Below are positions 1 through 10,135 of a DNA stretch of 32,000 bases, piece by piece. A model generated the notes under the pieces. It made no database searches, was not told the DNA's origin, and saw nothing but the letters and a program-made list of their open reading frames with translations. The translations under genes were made by a program, and so were the position numbers. How positions within the stretch are numbered: position 1 is the stretch's first letter; each line of letters begins with the position of its first letter. Origin of the DNA: Pseudoalteromonas tetraodonis (GTDB lineage Bacteria > Pseudomonadota > Gammaproteobacteria > Enterobacterales > Alteromonadaceae); assembly GCF_002310835.1 (NCBI RefSeq), contig NZ_CP011041.1, forward strand, positions 2,490,001-2,522,000. The letters run 5' to 3'.

Positions 1-83
1 GGGCTTTTTTCAGCATTCACTAAAGCAGTTACAATTTCATTAACTTGAAGCCCTGAACCTATACCTGTAAATGAAATAGCCAT
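1..83 (-). CDS. fliD: Flagellar filament cap protein FliD, first 27 codons only (gene runs off the left edge)
   Basis: Minus-strand ATG at 83-81, with a GAGGG Shine-Dalgarno (rc of 92-97) about 9 nt upstream. Hand translation gives MAISFTGIGSGLQVNEIVTALVNAEKS, which I recognise as the conserved FliD N-terminus. Its position downstream of flaG matches Vibrio-type loci. It is absent from the ORF track because it is truncated. Confidence 0.7.
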   Translation of the reverse strand, partial: MAISFTGIGSGLQVNEIVTALVNAEKS

Positions 84-110
84 AATACTTACCCTCTTAA
101 ATTGCTCAAA

Positions 111-497
111 CTAAACTTTAAAATCAACTAACACGCCAGTGGCTTCCGCTAATTTAGCAACAATTCCTAACACTTCTTCAGAAGGATACTGCTTAACTAA
201 ATCACCACTTTCTTTATCAATCACCTTAATAACATTACGGCCAGAATCCTCATCCACTTTAAACTGTAGGCTACGGTTCATTTCGCCCATAAAGTCCTGC
301 AATTGCTGTACCACCTTCTCTAGTTTTTCAGGTGATAACTCTGTTTCAGAAACTTCACTATTACTTGCAGTGGTGGTGATGGGTGTATTCTTTTGTTCAT
401 CAGCATTTTGCTTAACTTGTGATGGGGTTTGGTAACTTGAGGTAACCTCACCTTTTTGCGCTGAGCTGATATTTAGATTTAAACTTTGCGTTTCCAT
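111..497 (-). CDS. flaG: FlaG family flagellar protein
   Basis: 128-aa ORF. The C-terminal segment SLQFKVDEDSGRNVIKVIDKESGDLVKQYPSEEVL is the typical FlaG signature. AGGAG SD lies 6 nt upstream (rc of 504-508). It sits between a flagellin and fliD. Confidence 0.85.
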   Translation of the reverse strand: METQSLNLNISSAQKGEVTSSYQTPSQVKQNADEQKNTPITTTASNSEVSETELSPEKLEKVVQQLQDFMGEMNRSLQFKVDEDSGRNVIKVIDKESGDLVKQYPSEEVLGIVAKLAEATGVLVDFKV

Positions 498-540
498 AAT
501 TCGCTCCTACTATAAAGCGATATAAAGCTTTATACCTATA

Positions 541-568
541 CAAGAAAGGAAGGGTTGCCCCTTCCTTA
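541..568 (-). terminator. Rho-independent terminator after the distal flagellin gene
   Basis: 9-bp GC-rich stem aaggaaggg (546-554) / cccttcctt (559-567) with a 4-nt loop. On the minus strand a T-rich tract (tcttgtat) follows. Confidence 0.6.
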
Positions 569-596
569 GTAGTTAAGTATAGAGCTTATTGTTAAA

Positions 597-1991
597 TTAA
601 CCTAATAAGCTAAGTGCTGCCTGTGGTAACTGGTTAGACTGAGCTAAGATTGTTGTACCAGCCTGTTGCATAATCTGGTTCTTAGTTAGTTTAGCTGTTT
701 CTGCAGCATAATCTGTATCTTCGATACGACTTTTAGAAGCCGACACGTTTTCTGATACGTTTGAAAGGTTAGCAATAGTGAAGCCAAAACGGTTTTGTAC
801 CGCACCTAAGTCAGCACGTTGTGCATCAATTTGCGCAAGCGCCGCATCAATTGTTTCGATTGCGTTTTGTGCACCAGCACTAGTCGTACCAGAGATATCA
901 ATTGTTTCTACTGACGTTAATGAACCTTGACCACCCGTAGCAGCAAGACCACCACCTAATATTTCATTTACAGCTGCACCAGAAATACCAATCTTATCTG
1001 GAGAAGAAAGCTTTAATGAAGATGCCACTGCTTGTGTGCCCGCAGCAGTACCACCACCTAGGCTTGCTGTACCATTCGCAGCGGCTGTTAACTCAATACC
1101 GTCAACACCAGTTGCGTTAATTGTCAATGAACCACCTGACTCAACAACATCATAACCATCAGCAACCATGTCAACAGCCAAACGTGCAGCGTCCCCACCA
1201 TAATCGGCTAAGTCGTATGTATCACTACCAATTTTTAAATCAGCTGAGTCAGCCGAACTCAAACCAGTTAATGTAGTGCTAAGCACTGATGTAGCAGTAA
1301 CGCCAGATGCTTCAGCATTAATTGCTTGTGCAATTGTTTCTGCACCTACATCTGCTGCATAAGTTACTGACTTACCATTTACAGTCATAGTATCCCCAGT
1401 GACGCCACCAATTAACGTAGCTAAATCGCTAGTTGCGCCCGCAGTACCCAAAACAGTTCCGGCACCATTTACACCATATGAGCCAATTGCATCAGCAGAC
1501 ACATCACGCAGGCTTACGTTGATTGTTTCGTTGGCGTTAGAACCTACTTGGAACTGTTTAGTACCAAACGAGCCATCTAGTAAGCTTGTACCACCAAATT
1601 TAGTGGTTTCAGCGATACGCGTTAGCTCTTGCTGTAATGCGCCCACTTCTTTTTGTAGTGCTGCACGAGCGTTAGCATCGTTTGAACCATTTGCCGATTG
1701 TAAAGATAGGTCACGCATACGTTGTAAGATGTTTGATGACTCTTGCATCGCACCTTCAGCGGTTTGTGACATTGAAATACCGTCATTCGCGTTACGCTGA
1801 GCAACACCTAAACCATTAATTTGTGAAGAAAGACGGTTAGCAATTTGTAGACCTGCCGCATCATCTTTCGCGCTGTTAATTTTCATACCAGATGAAAGAC
1901 GTTGCATTGATGTACCTAACGCATCGCTAGATTTTGATAAGTTTCTTTGTGCATTTAGTGATGACACGTTAGTATTTACTGATAAAGCCAT
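597..1991 (-). CDS. Flagellin (464 aa), sigma28-dependent paralog
   Basis: N-terminus [21 protein letters not shown]...[22 protein letters not shown] and C-terminus LGAVQNRF...[29 protein letters not shown] are canonical flagellin D0/D1 segments. The central region of about 200 aa is rich in Gly, Thr and Ala. Confidence 0.97.
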   Translation of the reverse strand: MALSVNTNVSSLNAQRNLSKSSDALGTSMQRLSSGMKINSAKDDAAGLQIANRLSSQINGLGVAQRNANDGISMSQTAEGAMQESSNILQRMRDLSLQSANGSNDANARAALQKEVGALQQELTRIAETTKFGGTSLLDGSFGTKQFQVGSNANETINVSLRDVSADAIGSYGVNGAGTVLGTAGATSDLATLIGGVTGDTMTVNGKSVTYAADVGAETIAQAINAEASGVTATSVLSTTLTGLSSADSADLKIGSDTYDLADYGGDAARLAVDMVADGYDVVESGGSLTINATGVDGIELTAAANGTASLGGGTAAGTQAVASSLKLSSPDKIGISGAAVNEILGGGLAATGGQGSLTSVETIDISGTTSAGAQNAIETIDAALAQIDAQRADLGAVQNRFGFTIANLSNVSENVSASKSRIEDTDYAAETAKLTKNQIMQQAGTTILAQSNQLPQAALSLLG

Positions 1992-2084
1992 GTTATAACT
2001 CCTGATTACTTTCGTAATGTAACTAATTGATTTTAACCAAGAGCCATCACAATAAAAATCTGTTCAAGCTCCGTTCTAATTAAG

Positions 2085-2111
2085 TTAACGGCCGTTATAA
2101 AATTACCTTTA
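2085..2111 (-). promoter_or_regulatory. Sigma28 (FliA) promoter for the distal flagellin
   Basis: The minus strand reads TAAA-ggtaattttataacg(15 nt)-GCCGTTAA, against the consensus TAAA-N15-GCCGATAA. It lies about 90 nt upstream of the ATG at 1991. Confidence 0.75.
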
Positions 2112-2161
2112 GCTTTTTTTTTAAAAAAACAGTAAAAACTTTTAATTGATTGAAATACAGA

Positions 2162-2194
2162 CAAAAAAGCCAAGCATATTTGCTTGGCTTTTTA
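2162..2194 (-). terminator. Rho-independent terminator after the proximal flagellin gene
   Basis: Perfect 9-bp stem agccaagca (2168-2176) / tgcttggct (2181-2189), loop tatt. It is flanked by A-run and T-run, so it could act in both directions. On the minus strand the stem is followed by TTTTTTGT. Confidence 0.85.
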
Positions 2195-2207
2195 TAATTA
2201 GCGGATA

Positions 2208-3659
2208 TTAGCCACCTAAAAGACTTAATGCTGCCTGTGGCAACTGGTTTGCCTGAGACAAAATAGTGGTACCTGCTTGTTGCATTATTTGGTTTTTAGT
2301 TAGTGTTGCGGTTTCAAGCGCGTAATCAGTATCTTGAATACGACTGCGAGAAGCTGACACATTCTCAGATACATTAGCAAGGTTGGCAATGGTAAAACCA
2401 AAACGGTTTTGTACCGCACCTAAGTCTGCACGCTGGGCGTCAATTTGCGCAAGCGCCGCATCTATAGTGTTAATCGCAGACTGCGCACCCGCACTAGTCG
2501 TACCTGATATATCAACACTTTCAACAGATGTTAATTCACCAGAACCACCGGTAGCTGAAATATTTGTACCGCCTAGAATATCATCTACATCAGTACCCGA
2601 TATGCCAATTTTTTCTGACGAAGATAAGGTCAGTGATGATGAAACACTGATATCATTATTGGTAGCGCCACCAGCTACTGGCGTACCACCTGTTGCATTG
2701 TTAGCAATAGTAGCTGTACCGGCAGTACCTGTCATTTGAATACCATCAACGCCTTCAGCTTTTAGTGTTAACGAACCATCGTCTACGATTGCATCATAGC
2801 CATCGGCTTGCAGCTTTTCAGCAAGACGATCAAGATCACCACCAAATTCTGATAGTTTATACGTATCAACCGCAGCGCCAGCTTTGCGAAGAGTTAAGTC
2901 ACTGTTATCCGCTGATGTCAGTCCTGCAATAGTGACATCTAATTTTGCAGTTGCAACTACGCCTGTTGCCTCTTTGTTAATGGTATCGGCTATTTCAGCA
3001 GCTCCCTTACCCGTAACACCTGCATCAGGGATTGCAACACCATTAATATTTAGTCCTGCCGTAGCAACTGCACCTGTTGCCGTAGCAAGCGGTGCTGTTT
3101 GTGTTGCAACAGCACCCAGTAACGTACTGTTTCCTTTTACTTCATATGCACCAATAGCGTTTGCAGCAACATTACGCAAACTTACATTAATGGTTTCATT
3201 CGCATTTGCACCTACCTGAAACTGTTTAGTACCAAAAGTGCCGTCAAGTAAGCTGGTGCCACCAAATTTAGTGGTATCAGCAATTCGAGTGAGCTCTTGT
3301 TGCAAGGCTGCTACTTCTTTTTGCAGTGATGCACGGTCAACCGCACTATTTGAACCATTCGCCGATTGCAGTGATAAGTCACGCATACGTTGTAAGATGT
3401 TTGCAGACTCTTGCATCGCACCTTCAGCCGTTTGCGCCATGGAAATACCATCATTGGCATTACGCTGAGCAACCGTTAGGCCATTAACCTGAGACGTTAG
3501 TCGGTTGGCAATTTGTAAACCTGCAGCATCGTCTTTTGCGCTATTAATACGCAAACCAGATGATAGTCTCTGCATTGAGGTTTCAAGTGCCATGCTAGAT
3601 TTAGATAGATTGCGTTGCCCATTAAGTGATGCAACATTTGTATTTACGCTTAAAGCCAT
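2208..3659 (-). CDS. Flagellin (483 aa), sigma54-dependent paralog
   Basis: Same conserved flagellin termini as the 597-1991 gene. I moved the start to the ATG at 3659 (MALSVNTNV...) because AGGAG lies 7 nt upstream. The ORF-track extension MKLGDGK would place that SD inside the coding sequence. Confidence 0.97.
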   Translation of the reverse strand: MALSVNTNVASLNGQRNLSKSSMALETSMQRLSSGLRINSAKDDAAGLQIANRLTSQVNGLTVAQRNANDGISMAQTAEGAMQESANILQRMRDLSLQSANGSNSAVDRASLQKEVAALQQELTRIADTTKFGGTSLLDGTFGTKQFQVGANANETINVSLRNVAANAIGAYEVKGNSTLLGAVATQTAPLATATGAVATAGLNINGVAIPDAGVTGKGAAEIADTINKEATGVVATAKLDVTIAGLTSADNSDLTLRKAGAAVDTYKLSEFGGDLDRLAEKLQADGYDAIVDDGSLTLKAEGVDGIQMTGTAGTATIANNATGGTPVAGGATNNDISVSSSLTLSSSEKIGISGTDVDDILGGTNISATGGSGELTSVESVDISGTTSAGAQSAINTIDAALAQIDAQRADLGAVQNRFGFTIANLANVSENVSASRSRIQDTDYALETATLTKNQIMQQAGTTILSQANQLPQAALSLLGG

Positions 3660-3737
3660 TTTACCATCTCCTAGTTTCAATCAGAATGTGGTTCAAAATA
3701 TTTAAGCAAAAACCACACTGTCTATGACTAGTTGAAT

Positions 3738-3752
3738 GCATTACTTGTGCCA
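3738..3752 (-). promoter_or_regulatory. Sigma54 promoter for the proximal flagellin
   Basis: The minus strand reads TGGCAC-aagta-ATGCA, with the GG-N10-GC spacing of the -24/-12 consensus TGGCAC-N5-TTGC. Confidence 0.7.
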
Positions 3753-3935
3753 ACTAATAATAAAATATTAAACCCATGTTTTATAACAACTAAATAACGT
3801 TTATTACGGTATTTAATAAATAGTGAGCATTTTTTTGACAGGAGAGAAAAAGGGGGGTGACAGTTTTTTGCCGCTACGTTAAGGCAAGTTATTACCTACT
3901 TTTCTCGTAAAGTAATAACCTGCCTTCGATGGTAT

Positions 3936-5195
3936 TTATAAATAATCGAATAATGAAAGTTTAGCCAAGCGACCAAAAGTCGCCATCGATCTGTCTAAAC
4001 CTGCCTCCTGTTTAGCGAGTTCACTAATGGCTGCAGCAGGATCAATTTCAATTAAGCTCGCTCTGTTGTCTTGATTATTAATATCTAAAGCACTGTTTGA
4101 ATCGGTCACACGCTCCACCACGTTCATACGCCCACCAAGTCCAGCCTGAGTAAACACAATTTGCTCACTGGCATTTTTAAGCTGAATTAACCCATCCGAT
4201 AACGCTTGGTTAATTTGCGCTCCATCAAGTTGTTCGTCATTTAGACTAGTGATCAGATCTTCAAGCGTATTAAGCACATTTTCTTTACCTGGCTTTTCAA
4301 GGGTGAAATCAAGTTGGCCGGGTGCTACACCTTCAAGTTGAATTTCCATGCCTGCAAACTCAATCGGCTCATCAGTTACTTCACCAGTAACAGGTGGTAC
4401 AAGAGGGTTACCATCACGTAATATTTCATACTGATCAGGCGCTGAAGGCGTTGCACCAGGGATAACATTAACGTTATAGGTATTGATCGTTGGAGAAATA
4501 AGCGGATCTGGGTCTGAGTTATAATTATCTTTATGAAACTTGTCAAACTCGCCTTGGTTTTCAACATAAACAGTCCCTGCGGTAATGCCGCCTGATGGCG
4601 CTCCATCATTCGACACCACATCAAGACGTGCATCAACTCGTTCAAATACATTAAAACCATTATCACTTGATTTGATCTCAACCCCTTTTGCGATCGTCAC
4701 TTCGTGTTGGCCTTGATCGCCTTGGTATTCGTATTTGCCATTAGTGCTATTAAATGTATAGGTTTGAATATCGTCTTGATAGCCAGAGAATAGGTATTTC
4801 CCCCCTTCTGATTGGCTATTCATTAAGTTAAGCAGCGATTTTTGCAATTCTTTTAGTTCACTGGCAACTGAAGCCAAATCACTTTGACCTAACGAACCAT
4901 TGCCCGCTCGTATGGTTAGCATTTGCGCCTCTAAAATAGTGTCGTTCATACCTTTAAGTATGCTTTCTTCGGTTGATAAGCGACCATTTAGCTGCTTTAT
5001 ATTTTTAGTTAACTGCTCATTGGTTTCTATTTTATTGGTGTACAACATCCCTTGCGATATAGCAGCTGGGTTTTCAGAGGTACTCAAATACTTTTGACCT
5101 GTGTTTGCTCGCTCTAAAGCGCCTGCAACGCCCTGTTGATTATCTAAAATTTTATTAATTTGACTTTGATACATTAAATTATTTGATAAACGCAT
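3936..5195 (-). CDS. flgL: Flagellar hook-filament junction protein FlgL (HAP3)
   Basis: 419 aa. The N-terminus MRLSNNLMYQSQINKILDNQQGV and the flagellin-like C-terminal helix are typical. It follows flgK directly with a 2-nt gap. Confidence 0.93.
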   Translation of the reverse strand: MRLSNNLMYQSQINKILDNQQGVAGALERANTGQKYLSTSENPAAISQGMLYTNKIETNEQLTKNIKQLNGRLSTEESILKGMNDTILEAQMLTIRAGNGSLGQSDLASVASELKELQKSLLNLMNSQSEGGKYLFSGYQDDIQTYTFNSTNGKYEYQGDQGQHEVTIAKGVEIKSSDNGFNVFERVDARLDVVSNDGAPSGGITAGTVYVENQGEFDKFHKDNYNSDPDPLISPTINTYNVNVIPGATPSAPDQYEILRDGNPLVPPVTGEVTDEPIEFAGMEIQLEGVAPGQLDFTLEKPGKENVLNTLEDLITSLNDEQLDGAQINQALSDGLIQLKNASEQIVFTQAGLGGRMNVVERVTDSNSALDINNQDNRASLIEIDPAAAISELAKQEAGLDRSMATFGRLAKLSLFDYL

Positions 5196-5197
5196 AA

Positions 5198-7204
5198 TTA
5201 CCTCGCCGCACTCAATAAGGTGTCAAAAATAGCTCTCGCTGCAGTTAATACTTGTGCAGAAGCAGCATAAGATTGCTGGAAGCGCAGCAAATTAGCCGCC
5301 TCTTCATCTAAGTTTACGCCCGACAACGATTCGTACCAGGCTTCTGATTGTTGTGCTAAAGCATCAAATGCAGCACCATTGGTTTTTGCTTGACTGGTTA
5401 CCACACCAACATCGGTGACTAATCCAGCATAGGCCTGATTCAATGTTTTATGATTATCAGCTGATGCGCTCGCTACTACATTTTGACGTACTAAATCAGT
5501 ATTTTGTAAGTCAGCAAGTTTTTGGCCGTTGCGGTTATCATCAAAACCGCCTTCATTAAATTCTAAATTAAAGGTATCACCTGTAGCCGGTACCCCTTCA
5601 ATATTAAAGTCAAAACCATAGCCATCATAAGGAGGCCCCGCTTGCGCCAAAATATTGTTAGCAGGCGGTGTAACTGTAAACGTAGTTGTGCCATTACCAT
5701 CAGTAAGTTGATATTCGTTAGCATTAGCTGTTTTAACAATGCTAATAGGGCCATTTGCTAAACCCAAAGGATTACTAAAGCTGCCAGTGGTTACATCGGT
5801 AACATTACCCGGTGAAATAGTCCCTGTACCTGTATTATCAAGGCCGTCTGATGTTCTAATTGGGGAGGCCAATGCAATGTCCTCACCTCGACCTGTTGTC
5901 AGCGATATATTGCCAGCCGCGCCACTATTAAGTTTTACCTGAAATTGGTCACCGGCATTACCGGCTCCGGTTACGTTTAGCTCTAAACCAAACGACTCCC
6001 CGCTGGTGATAGCTGCTGAATCGATAATGCCACTGGGTGGGATAGTTGCTAAAGAGGCTATGCCTAAAGGTTCACCTTTATTATCAATTGGCTGAATACT
6101 TACTTCGTTAGGGTTCCCCGTATAGGTGATCACAAAATCACTCGCTGGTAGTTCACTGCCTTTACCAGCTTCAACGGTTGCTGACATATTAGCTGTTCCG
6201 GTATTTGCTTGATAAACAAAAGCACTGACCGTTGGGATATCAAAAATATCTCCTCCAAGCTCACCGTTTGCATCCATTCCTAAACGGTTTTGCTGATTAA
6301 ACGAATCAGCAAGCGCAATGCCCATCTGACCTATTTGATTTTGTGCAGGCACCAAAATATCGTCTCTAAATGCCAATAAGCCACCAATTTTACCTTTGAG
6401 TTTAGTGGGATCTATTTCTAATGGAACGGCTTGGCCACCATTTACATCTAAGCGTAACTCTTTAAAATTGGCATCGGGATCGCCACTAATCGAAAATAAG
6501 TTAAATGAACCATTTTGCATAACAACCGCTTCACCTGTGCCCATAAATACTTGTTTTTCACCATTAGGGCCATCGAGTGTTTCTATATCAATTAGTTTTG
6601 ATAAATCACGTATTGCTTTATCACGCTCATTGTAAGCTGAGCTCGCATCTGCTTCGTTTTTAGTGCCATGAACACCCGCAATTTCTTGGTTCAACGAACT
6701 AATACTTTCAATAAGCGTATTCGCCTCTTCTGAAAAAATCTCTAATTGCTCATTAACCACCGCTTTTTGCTCTGAAACGATACCTGCAAGCCGATCCATT
6801 TGATCAATCAGGTTTTGCGCATCACTCATCACCAATGAACGAGCAACTGTTGATGACGGTTGATTAAGGGCTTCTTGCACGTTATTAAACATTGAGTTGA
6901 TACTAGTTGATAAGCTGTTTGATTTTTCTGAAAAAATTTGATCAACCCGACTCGCTTCACTAACAAATTGATCAAAAAAACTTTTATTTGAAGTATCTCG
7001 ATTTAATTGCTTTTGCGCAAACTCATTCAATAACCGGTACGTTTGGCCACGGCCTACCTGATTATCAATCATGGTGGTAAACTCGGTGCGCTCACGTACA
7101 TACCCTTCGGTATTAACATTTGCGATGTTTTTACTTGTCGTTTGCAATAACTCAGAGTTTGCTCTTATTCCTGAATTAGCAATGTTTAATAAATTAAACG
7201 ACAT
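5198..7204 (-). CDS. flgK: Flagellar hook-associated protein FlgK (HAP1)
   Basis: 668 aa. It has N-terminal MSFNLLNIANSGIRANSELLQTTSKNIANVNTEGY (rod/hook-family motif) and C-terminal LDEEAANLLRFQQSYAASAQV. Confidence 0.95.
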   Translation of the reverse strand: MSFNLLNIANSGIRANSELLQTTSKNIANVNTEGYVRERTEFTTMIDNQVGRGQTYRLLNEFAQKQLNRDTSNKSFFDQFVSEASRVDQIFSEKSNSLSTSINSMFNNVQEALNQPSSTVARSLVMSDAQNLIDQMDRLAGIVSEQKAVVNEQLEIFSEEANTLIESISSLNQEIAGVHGTKNEADASSAYNERDKAIRDLSKLIDIETLDGPNGEKQVFMGTGEAVVMQNGSFNLFSISGDPDANFKELRLDVNGGQAVPLEIDPTKLKGKIGGLLAFRDDILVPAQNQIGQMGIALADSFNQQNRLGMDANGELGGDIFDIPTVSAFVYQANTGTANMSATVEAGKGSELPASDFVITYTGNPNEVSIQPIDNKGEPLGIASLATIPPSGIIDSAAITSGESFGLELNVTGAGNAGDQFQVKLNSGAAGNISLTTGRGEDIALASPIRTSDGLDNTGTGTISPGNVTDVTTGSFSNPLGLANGPISIVKTANANEYQLTDGNGTTTFTVTPPANNILAQAGPPYDGYGFDFNIEGVPATGDTFNLEFNEGGFDDNRNGQKLADLQNTDLVRQNVVASASADNHKTLNQAYAGLVTDVGVVTSQAKTNGAAFDALAQQSEAWYESLSGVNLDEEAANLLRFQQSYAASAQVLTAARAIFDTLLSAAR

Positions 7205-7205
7205 G

Positions 7206-8201
7206 TTACTCTACTCCCTGGCGGATCACGCTTGTGGCGATATTCTTCAATTCGTTACTGTTCAGCACTCTTTTTATTTTGTCTGCATAATTAGGGTCGG
7301 TTGCATAACCAGCTTGCTGTAAAGAGTCTAAAAATTTATGCGGCTTTGCCGTATTGTTTAATGCATCTTGATAGCGCGGGTTCTGTGTTAAAAAATCCAC
7401 AAAATCATTCACGCTATCTTTTATCGAGTCATACGCTCTAAAGCTTGCTTGCTTTTTAACTGCAGCACCTTGTTCAAACTCTAAAGTAACTTTACTGGCC
7501 TTTTCACCCTGCCAACTTTTATCTGACTTAATATTGAATAAATTGTTTGAGCTATTACCATCACCTTTACTAATAATATGTTTACCCCAGCCAGTTTCTA
7601 ATGCCGCCTGTGCAACCATAACCGCCGGATTTAAACCAATTTTTTTAGCCGCTGTTTTTGCGTGTTCCCACACGGTGCTTACAAATTCCTCAGCATTTTC
7701 AAATGTGCTAGACGCTGTGTTTTGTTCGCTTTTTTCAGTTGAATCAACGAGCGGCACTTTTTCAGTGCCCTTTTGGTTTTCTTGATGAGGTAAAGTACTA
7801 CCCGCACGTTGGTCACTAAAAAAATCTGACGTGGTGCGAAGAACAGAGCCTGGCATAAAGTTTTTTCCATCTGGCGATAATTGTTGCACAATTAAATCAG
7901 CAAGACCCAAAGAGCCATTTGATGAAAGCTCTGTAGCCATTTGTTGGTCGTGCATTTCTTCAAAAAACTTAACGCCACTAGCATTAAACGGGCTTTCTTT
8001 ATCTTCAAAAGCCTCATTGGCTTTACGCATACTTTTAAGCAGCATTTGGGTGAATATAGCTTCAAATTGTGCCGCCGCTTTTTTTAACGCCGCTTTAGAT
8101 GCATCGGTTGATGCGTCACCGCTGTTTAAAGCATCTCGACGCAAAGAGTCTAAGTTGCCTAAATCAAAAAAGTTTTGCTTATCTAGATGATTTGTTTCCA
8201 T
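7206..8201 (-). CDS. flgJ: Flagellar rod assembly protein / peptidoglycan hydrolase FlgJ
   Basis: 331 aa. The N-terminal rod-binding segment is AAQFEAIFTQMLLKSMRKA. The C-terminal glucosaminidase segment is MVAQAALETGWGKH...NNLFNIK...FRAY. Confidence 0.93.
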   Translation of the reverse strand: METNHLDKQNFFDLGNLDSLRRDALNSGDASTDASKAALKKAAAQFEAIFTQMLLKSMRKANEAFEDKESPFNASGVKFFEEMHDQQMATELSSNGSLGLADLIVQQLSPDGKNFMPGSVLRTTSDFFSDQRAGSTLPHQENQKGTEKVPLVDSTEKSEQNTASSTFENAEEFVSTVWEHAKTAAKKIGLNPAVMVAQAALETGWGKHIISKGDGNSSNNLFNIKSDKSWQGEKASKVTLEFEQGAAVKKQASFRAYDSIKDSVNDFVDFLTQNPRYQDALNNTAKPHKFLDSLQQAGYATDPNYADKIKRVLNSNELKNIATSVIRQGVE

Positions 8202-8239
8202 CAGCTTTTTGACACAATAATTAATAATATCTAGTGGAA

Positions 8240-8255
8240 TGCAATAATTGAGCCA
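8240..8255 (-). promoter_or_regulatory. Sigma54-type promoter in the flgI-flgJ spacer (would drive flgJKL)
   Basis: The minus strand reads TGGCTC-aatta-TTGCA with GG-N10-GC spacing. The -12 element lies about 39 nt upstream of the flgJ ATG (8201), similar to the flgB and flgF candidates. Confidence 0.6.
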
Positions 8256-8268
8256 AAAGAAGAGTAGC

Positions 8269-8297
8269 GGTGAAAGGTTAAGGGTGAAAGGTTAAAG
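8269..8297. repeat. Tandem duplication of a 14-15 bp unit (GGTGAAAGGTTAAG / GGTGAAAGGTTAAAG)
   Basis: Two adjacent copies read directly at 8269-8282 and 8283-8297, inside the unusually long 129-bp flgI-flgJ spacer. Reiterated CCCTAG / CTTAGAG motifs follow at 8299-8325. Confidence 0.9.
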
Positions 8298-8330
8298 ACC
8301 CTAGGCCCTAGAGCTTAGAGTCTTATAAAA

Positions 8331-9425
8331 CTAAATTACAACAAGCTGACCATTAATTGCACCGGCTTCTTTGAGCGCTTCAAGAATAGCCATTAAATCA
8401 CCAGGAGCAGCGCCAACTTCATTAATTGCACGTACTAAGTCATCAAGACTTACACCAGGGTCAAATACAAAAGCGCGTGAATCATCTTGATTAACATCAA
8501 TAATACTTTGCTGAGTAACCACGGTTTCACCCTCTGCTAAAGGATTTGGCTGCGCTACATTTTGTTGTTCCGCAATCGTTACTGTTAAACCACCGTGGGT
8601 AATTGCCGCAGGTTGTAATTTTACATTTTTGCCAATAACAATGGTGCCAGTACGCGAATTAACAATTATTTTTGCCGAAGTATCTGCCGGTTTAAACTCT
8701 AAGTTTTCAAGAGTTGATAAGTACGATACGCGCTGCGAAGCATCACGTGGGGCAATAACGCGAATAGAGGCTGCATCGAGTGCTTGAGCGCTATTTGGAC
8801 CAATTAAATCATTAATGGTTTTCTCTAAACGTTTCGCAGTAGTAAAATCAGGGCGGTTTAAATTAAAAGTAATATAGTCGTTTTGCATAAATGGGCTTTT
8901 AACAGCACGCTCAACCGTGGCACCATTTGGCACACGCCCTACCGTTGGCGTATTAATCACAACGCGACTGCCATCAAGCCCCTCAGCACCTAGGCCACCT
9001 ACAATTAAACTGCCTTGAGCGATGGCGTAAACATTACCATCAACCCCTTTTAAGAATGTTTGTAATAATGTGCCACCGCGCAAGCTGCCTGCACTGCCAA
9101 TCGATGATACGGTTATATCAATAGTCTGCCCTGGCTTTCTAAATGGCGGGAGTTCTGCATGAACAGCAACCGCTGCAACATTTTTAATTTTTGGCTTTAA
9201 ACTAGCTGGTAACGTAATACCAAAACTATTGAGCATGCCTTTAAAGCTTTGCTCGGTAAAACGGCTTTGCTCACCAGTTCCCGGTAAACCCACTACCAAT
9301 CCATACCCGACTAATTGGTTTGACCGCACCCCTTCGACCATAGATACATCTTTAATTCGCTCAGCACTGGCAGTAAATTGCCAGCCTAGTAGCACCATAA
9401 AACAAAAAACTTTAAAACCATTCAT
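8331..9425 (-). CDS. flgI: Flagellar P-ring protein FlgI
   Basis: 364 aa. It has a signal peptide ([21 protein letters not shown]), the motif [30 protein letters not shown], and the C-terminus [14 protein letters not shown]. Confidence 0.96.
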   Translation of the reverse strand: MNGFKVFCFMVLLGWQFTASAERIKDVSMVEGVRSNQLVGYGLVVGLPGTGEQSRFTEQSFKGMLNSFGITLPASLKPKIKNVAAVAVHAELPPFRKPGQTIDITVSSIGSAGSLRGGTLLQTFLKGVDGNVYAIAQGSLIVGGLGAEGLDGSRVVINTPTVGRVPNGATVERAVKSPFMQNDYITFNLNRPDFTTAKRLEKTINDLIGPNSAQALDAASIRVIAPRDASQRVSYLSTLENLEFKPADTSAKIIVNSRTGTIVIGKNVKLQPAAITHGGLTVTIAEQQNVAQPNPLAEGETVVTQQSIIDVNQDDSRAFVFDPGVSLDDLVRAINEVGAAPGDLMAILEALKEAGAINGQLVVI

Positions 9426-9437
9426 GTCGAATGTCCT

Positions 9438-10121
9438 CTAAAAGGGAAACAATGAGCTACTAAAGAAACGCGTTAACCAACCCGGGCTTTGTGCCTCTTG
9501 AGTTTGACCCTTACCTGAATACTGAATACGTGCATTCGCAATTCGATTAGACTCAACAGTATTATCGGCATTGACATCTTGCGGACGCACTAACCCTTCT
9601 AAGCGAATAAATTCTTCACCGGTGTTTAACGTTAGCCATTTTTCACCGCGAATCACTAAATTACCATTTGGTAGTACTCGCATTACGTTAACCGAAATAT
9701 CGCCAACTAAGCTATTTGATTGATTTGATTTTGAGTCACCTTTAAATGAGGAGTCACTGCCAATACCAAATTGAATGCTATCGCCGCCAATATTTACCGG
9801 TAAACCACCTAAACCAATTACAGGGTCGAGGCTAGCATCTGTTTGTTTATCTGTTTCTGTTTTAGCCGCTTTTGTGGCTTGGGTTGACTCTTGTAATTTA
9901 ACCGTAATGATATCGCCTGTTCTAAGTGCTTTCTTATCGGCATAAAGATCATTCGATAATTGAGTACTGAACAAAGAGCCGGTTGCGACTACTGGCTCCA
10001 TATTAGGCTCTGGATACATAGGTGCATAATAGGGATCGTCTTGTACTACCTCATTATTTTGTGTAGCTACACAACCACTTAATAGTAAAGTCCCTACTGT
10101 AAATAACATAACATTACGCAT
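9438..10121 (-). CDS. flgH: Flagellar L-ring lipoprotein FlgH
   Basis: Lipobox LLSGC and the motif GDIITVKLQESTQATK are present. I set the start at the ATG at 10121 (MRNVMLF...), preceded by a G-rich SD. The ORF-track start is a TTG 4 codons upstream. Confidence 0.95.
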   Translation of the reverse strand: MRNVMLFTVGTLLLSGCVATQNNEVVQDDPYYAPMYPEPNMEPVVATGSLFSTQLSNDLYADKKALRTGDIITVKLQESTQATKAAKTETDKQTDASLDPVIGLGGLPVNIGGDSIQFGIGSDSSFKGDSKSNQSNSLVGDISVNVMRVLPNGNLVIRGEKWLTLNTGEEFIRLEGLVRPQDVNADNTVESNRIANARIQYSGKGQTQEAQSPGWLTRFFSSSLFPF

Positions 10122-10135
10122 ACAACCCCCCAAAA

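Noticed and set aside
139-3705. Plus-strand ORFs of 60-133 aa lying antisense to flaG and the two flagellin genes (139-435, 1399-1800, 2383-2739, 2884-3219, 3238-3468, 3505-3705).
   Set aside because: They lie entirely inside strongly supported minus-strand genes. They have low-complexity Ala/Pro/Val/Ser compositions typical of the reverse frame of Ala/Gly/Thr-rich genes. None has a visible SD, so I treat them as shadow ORFs.
3881-3926. A long imperfect hairpin (15-bp arms with one mismatch, 16-nt loop) just after the flgL stop, considered as a terminator.
   Set aside because: On the coding (minus) strand the stem is followed by an A-rich stretch rather than a U tract. It may still be an RNA-stability element, but I cannot call it an intrinsic terminator.
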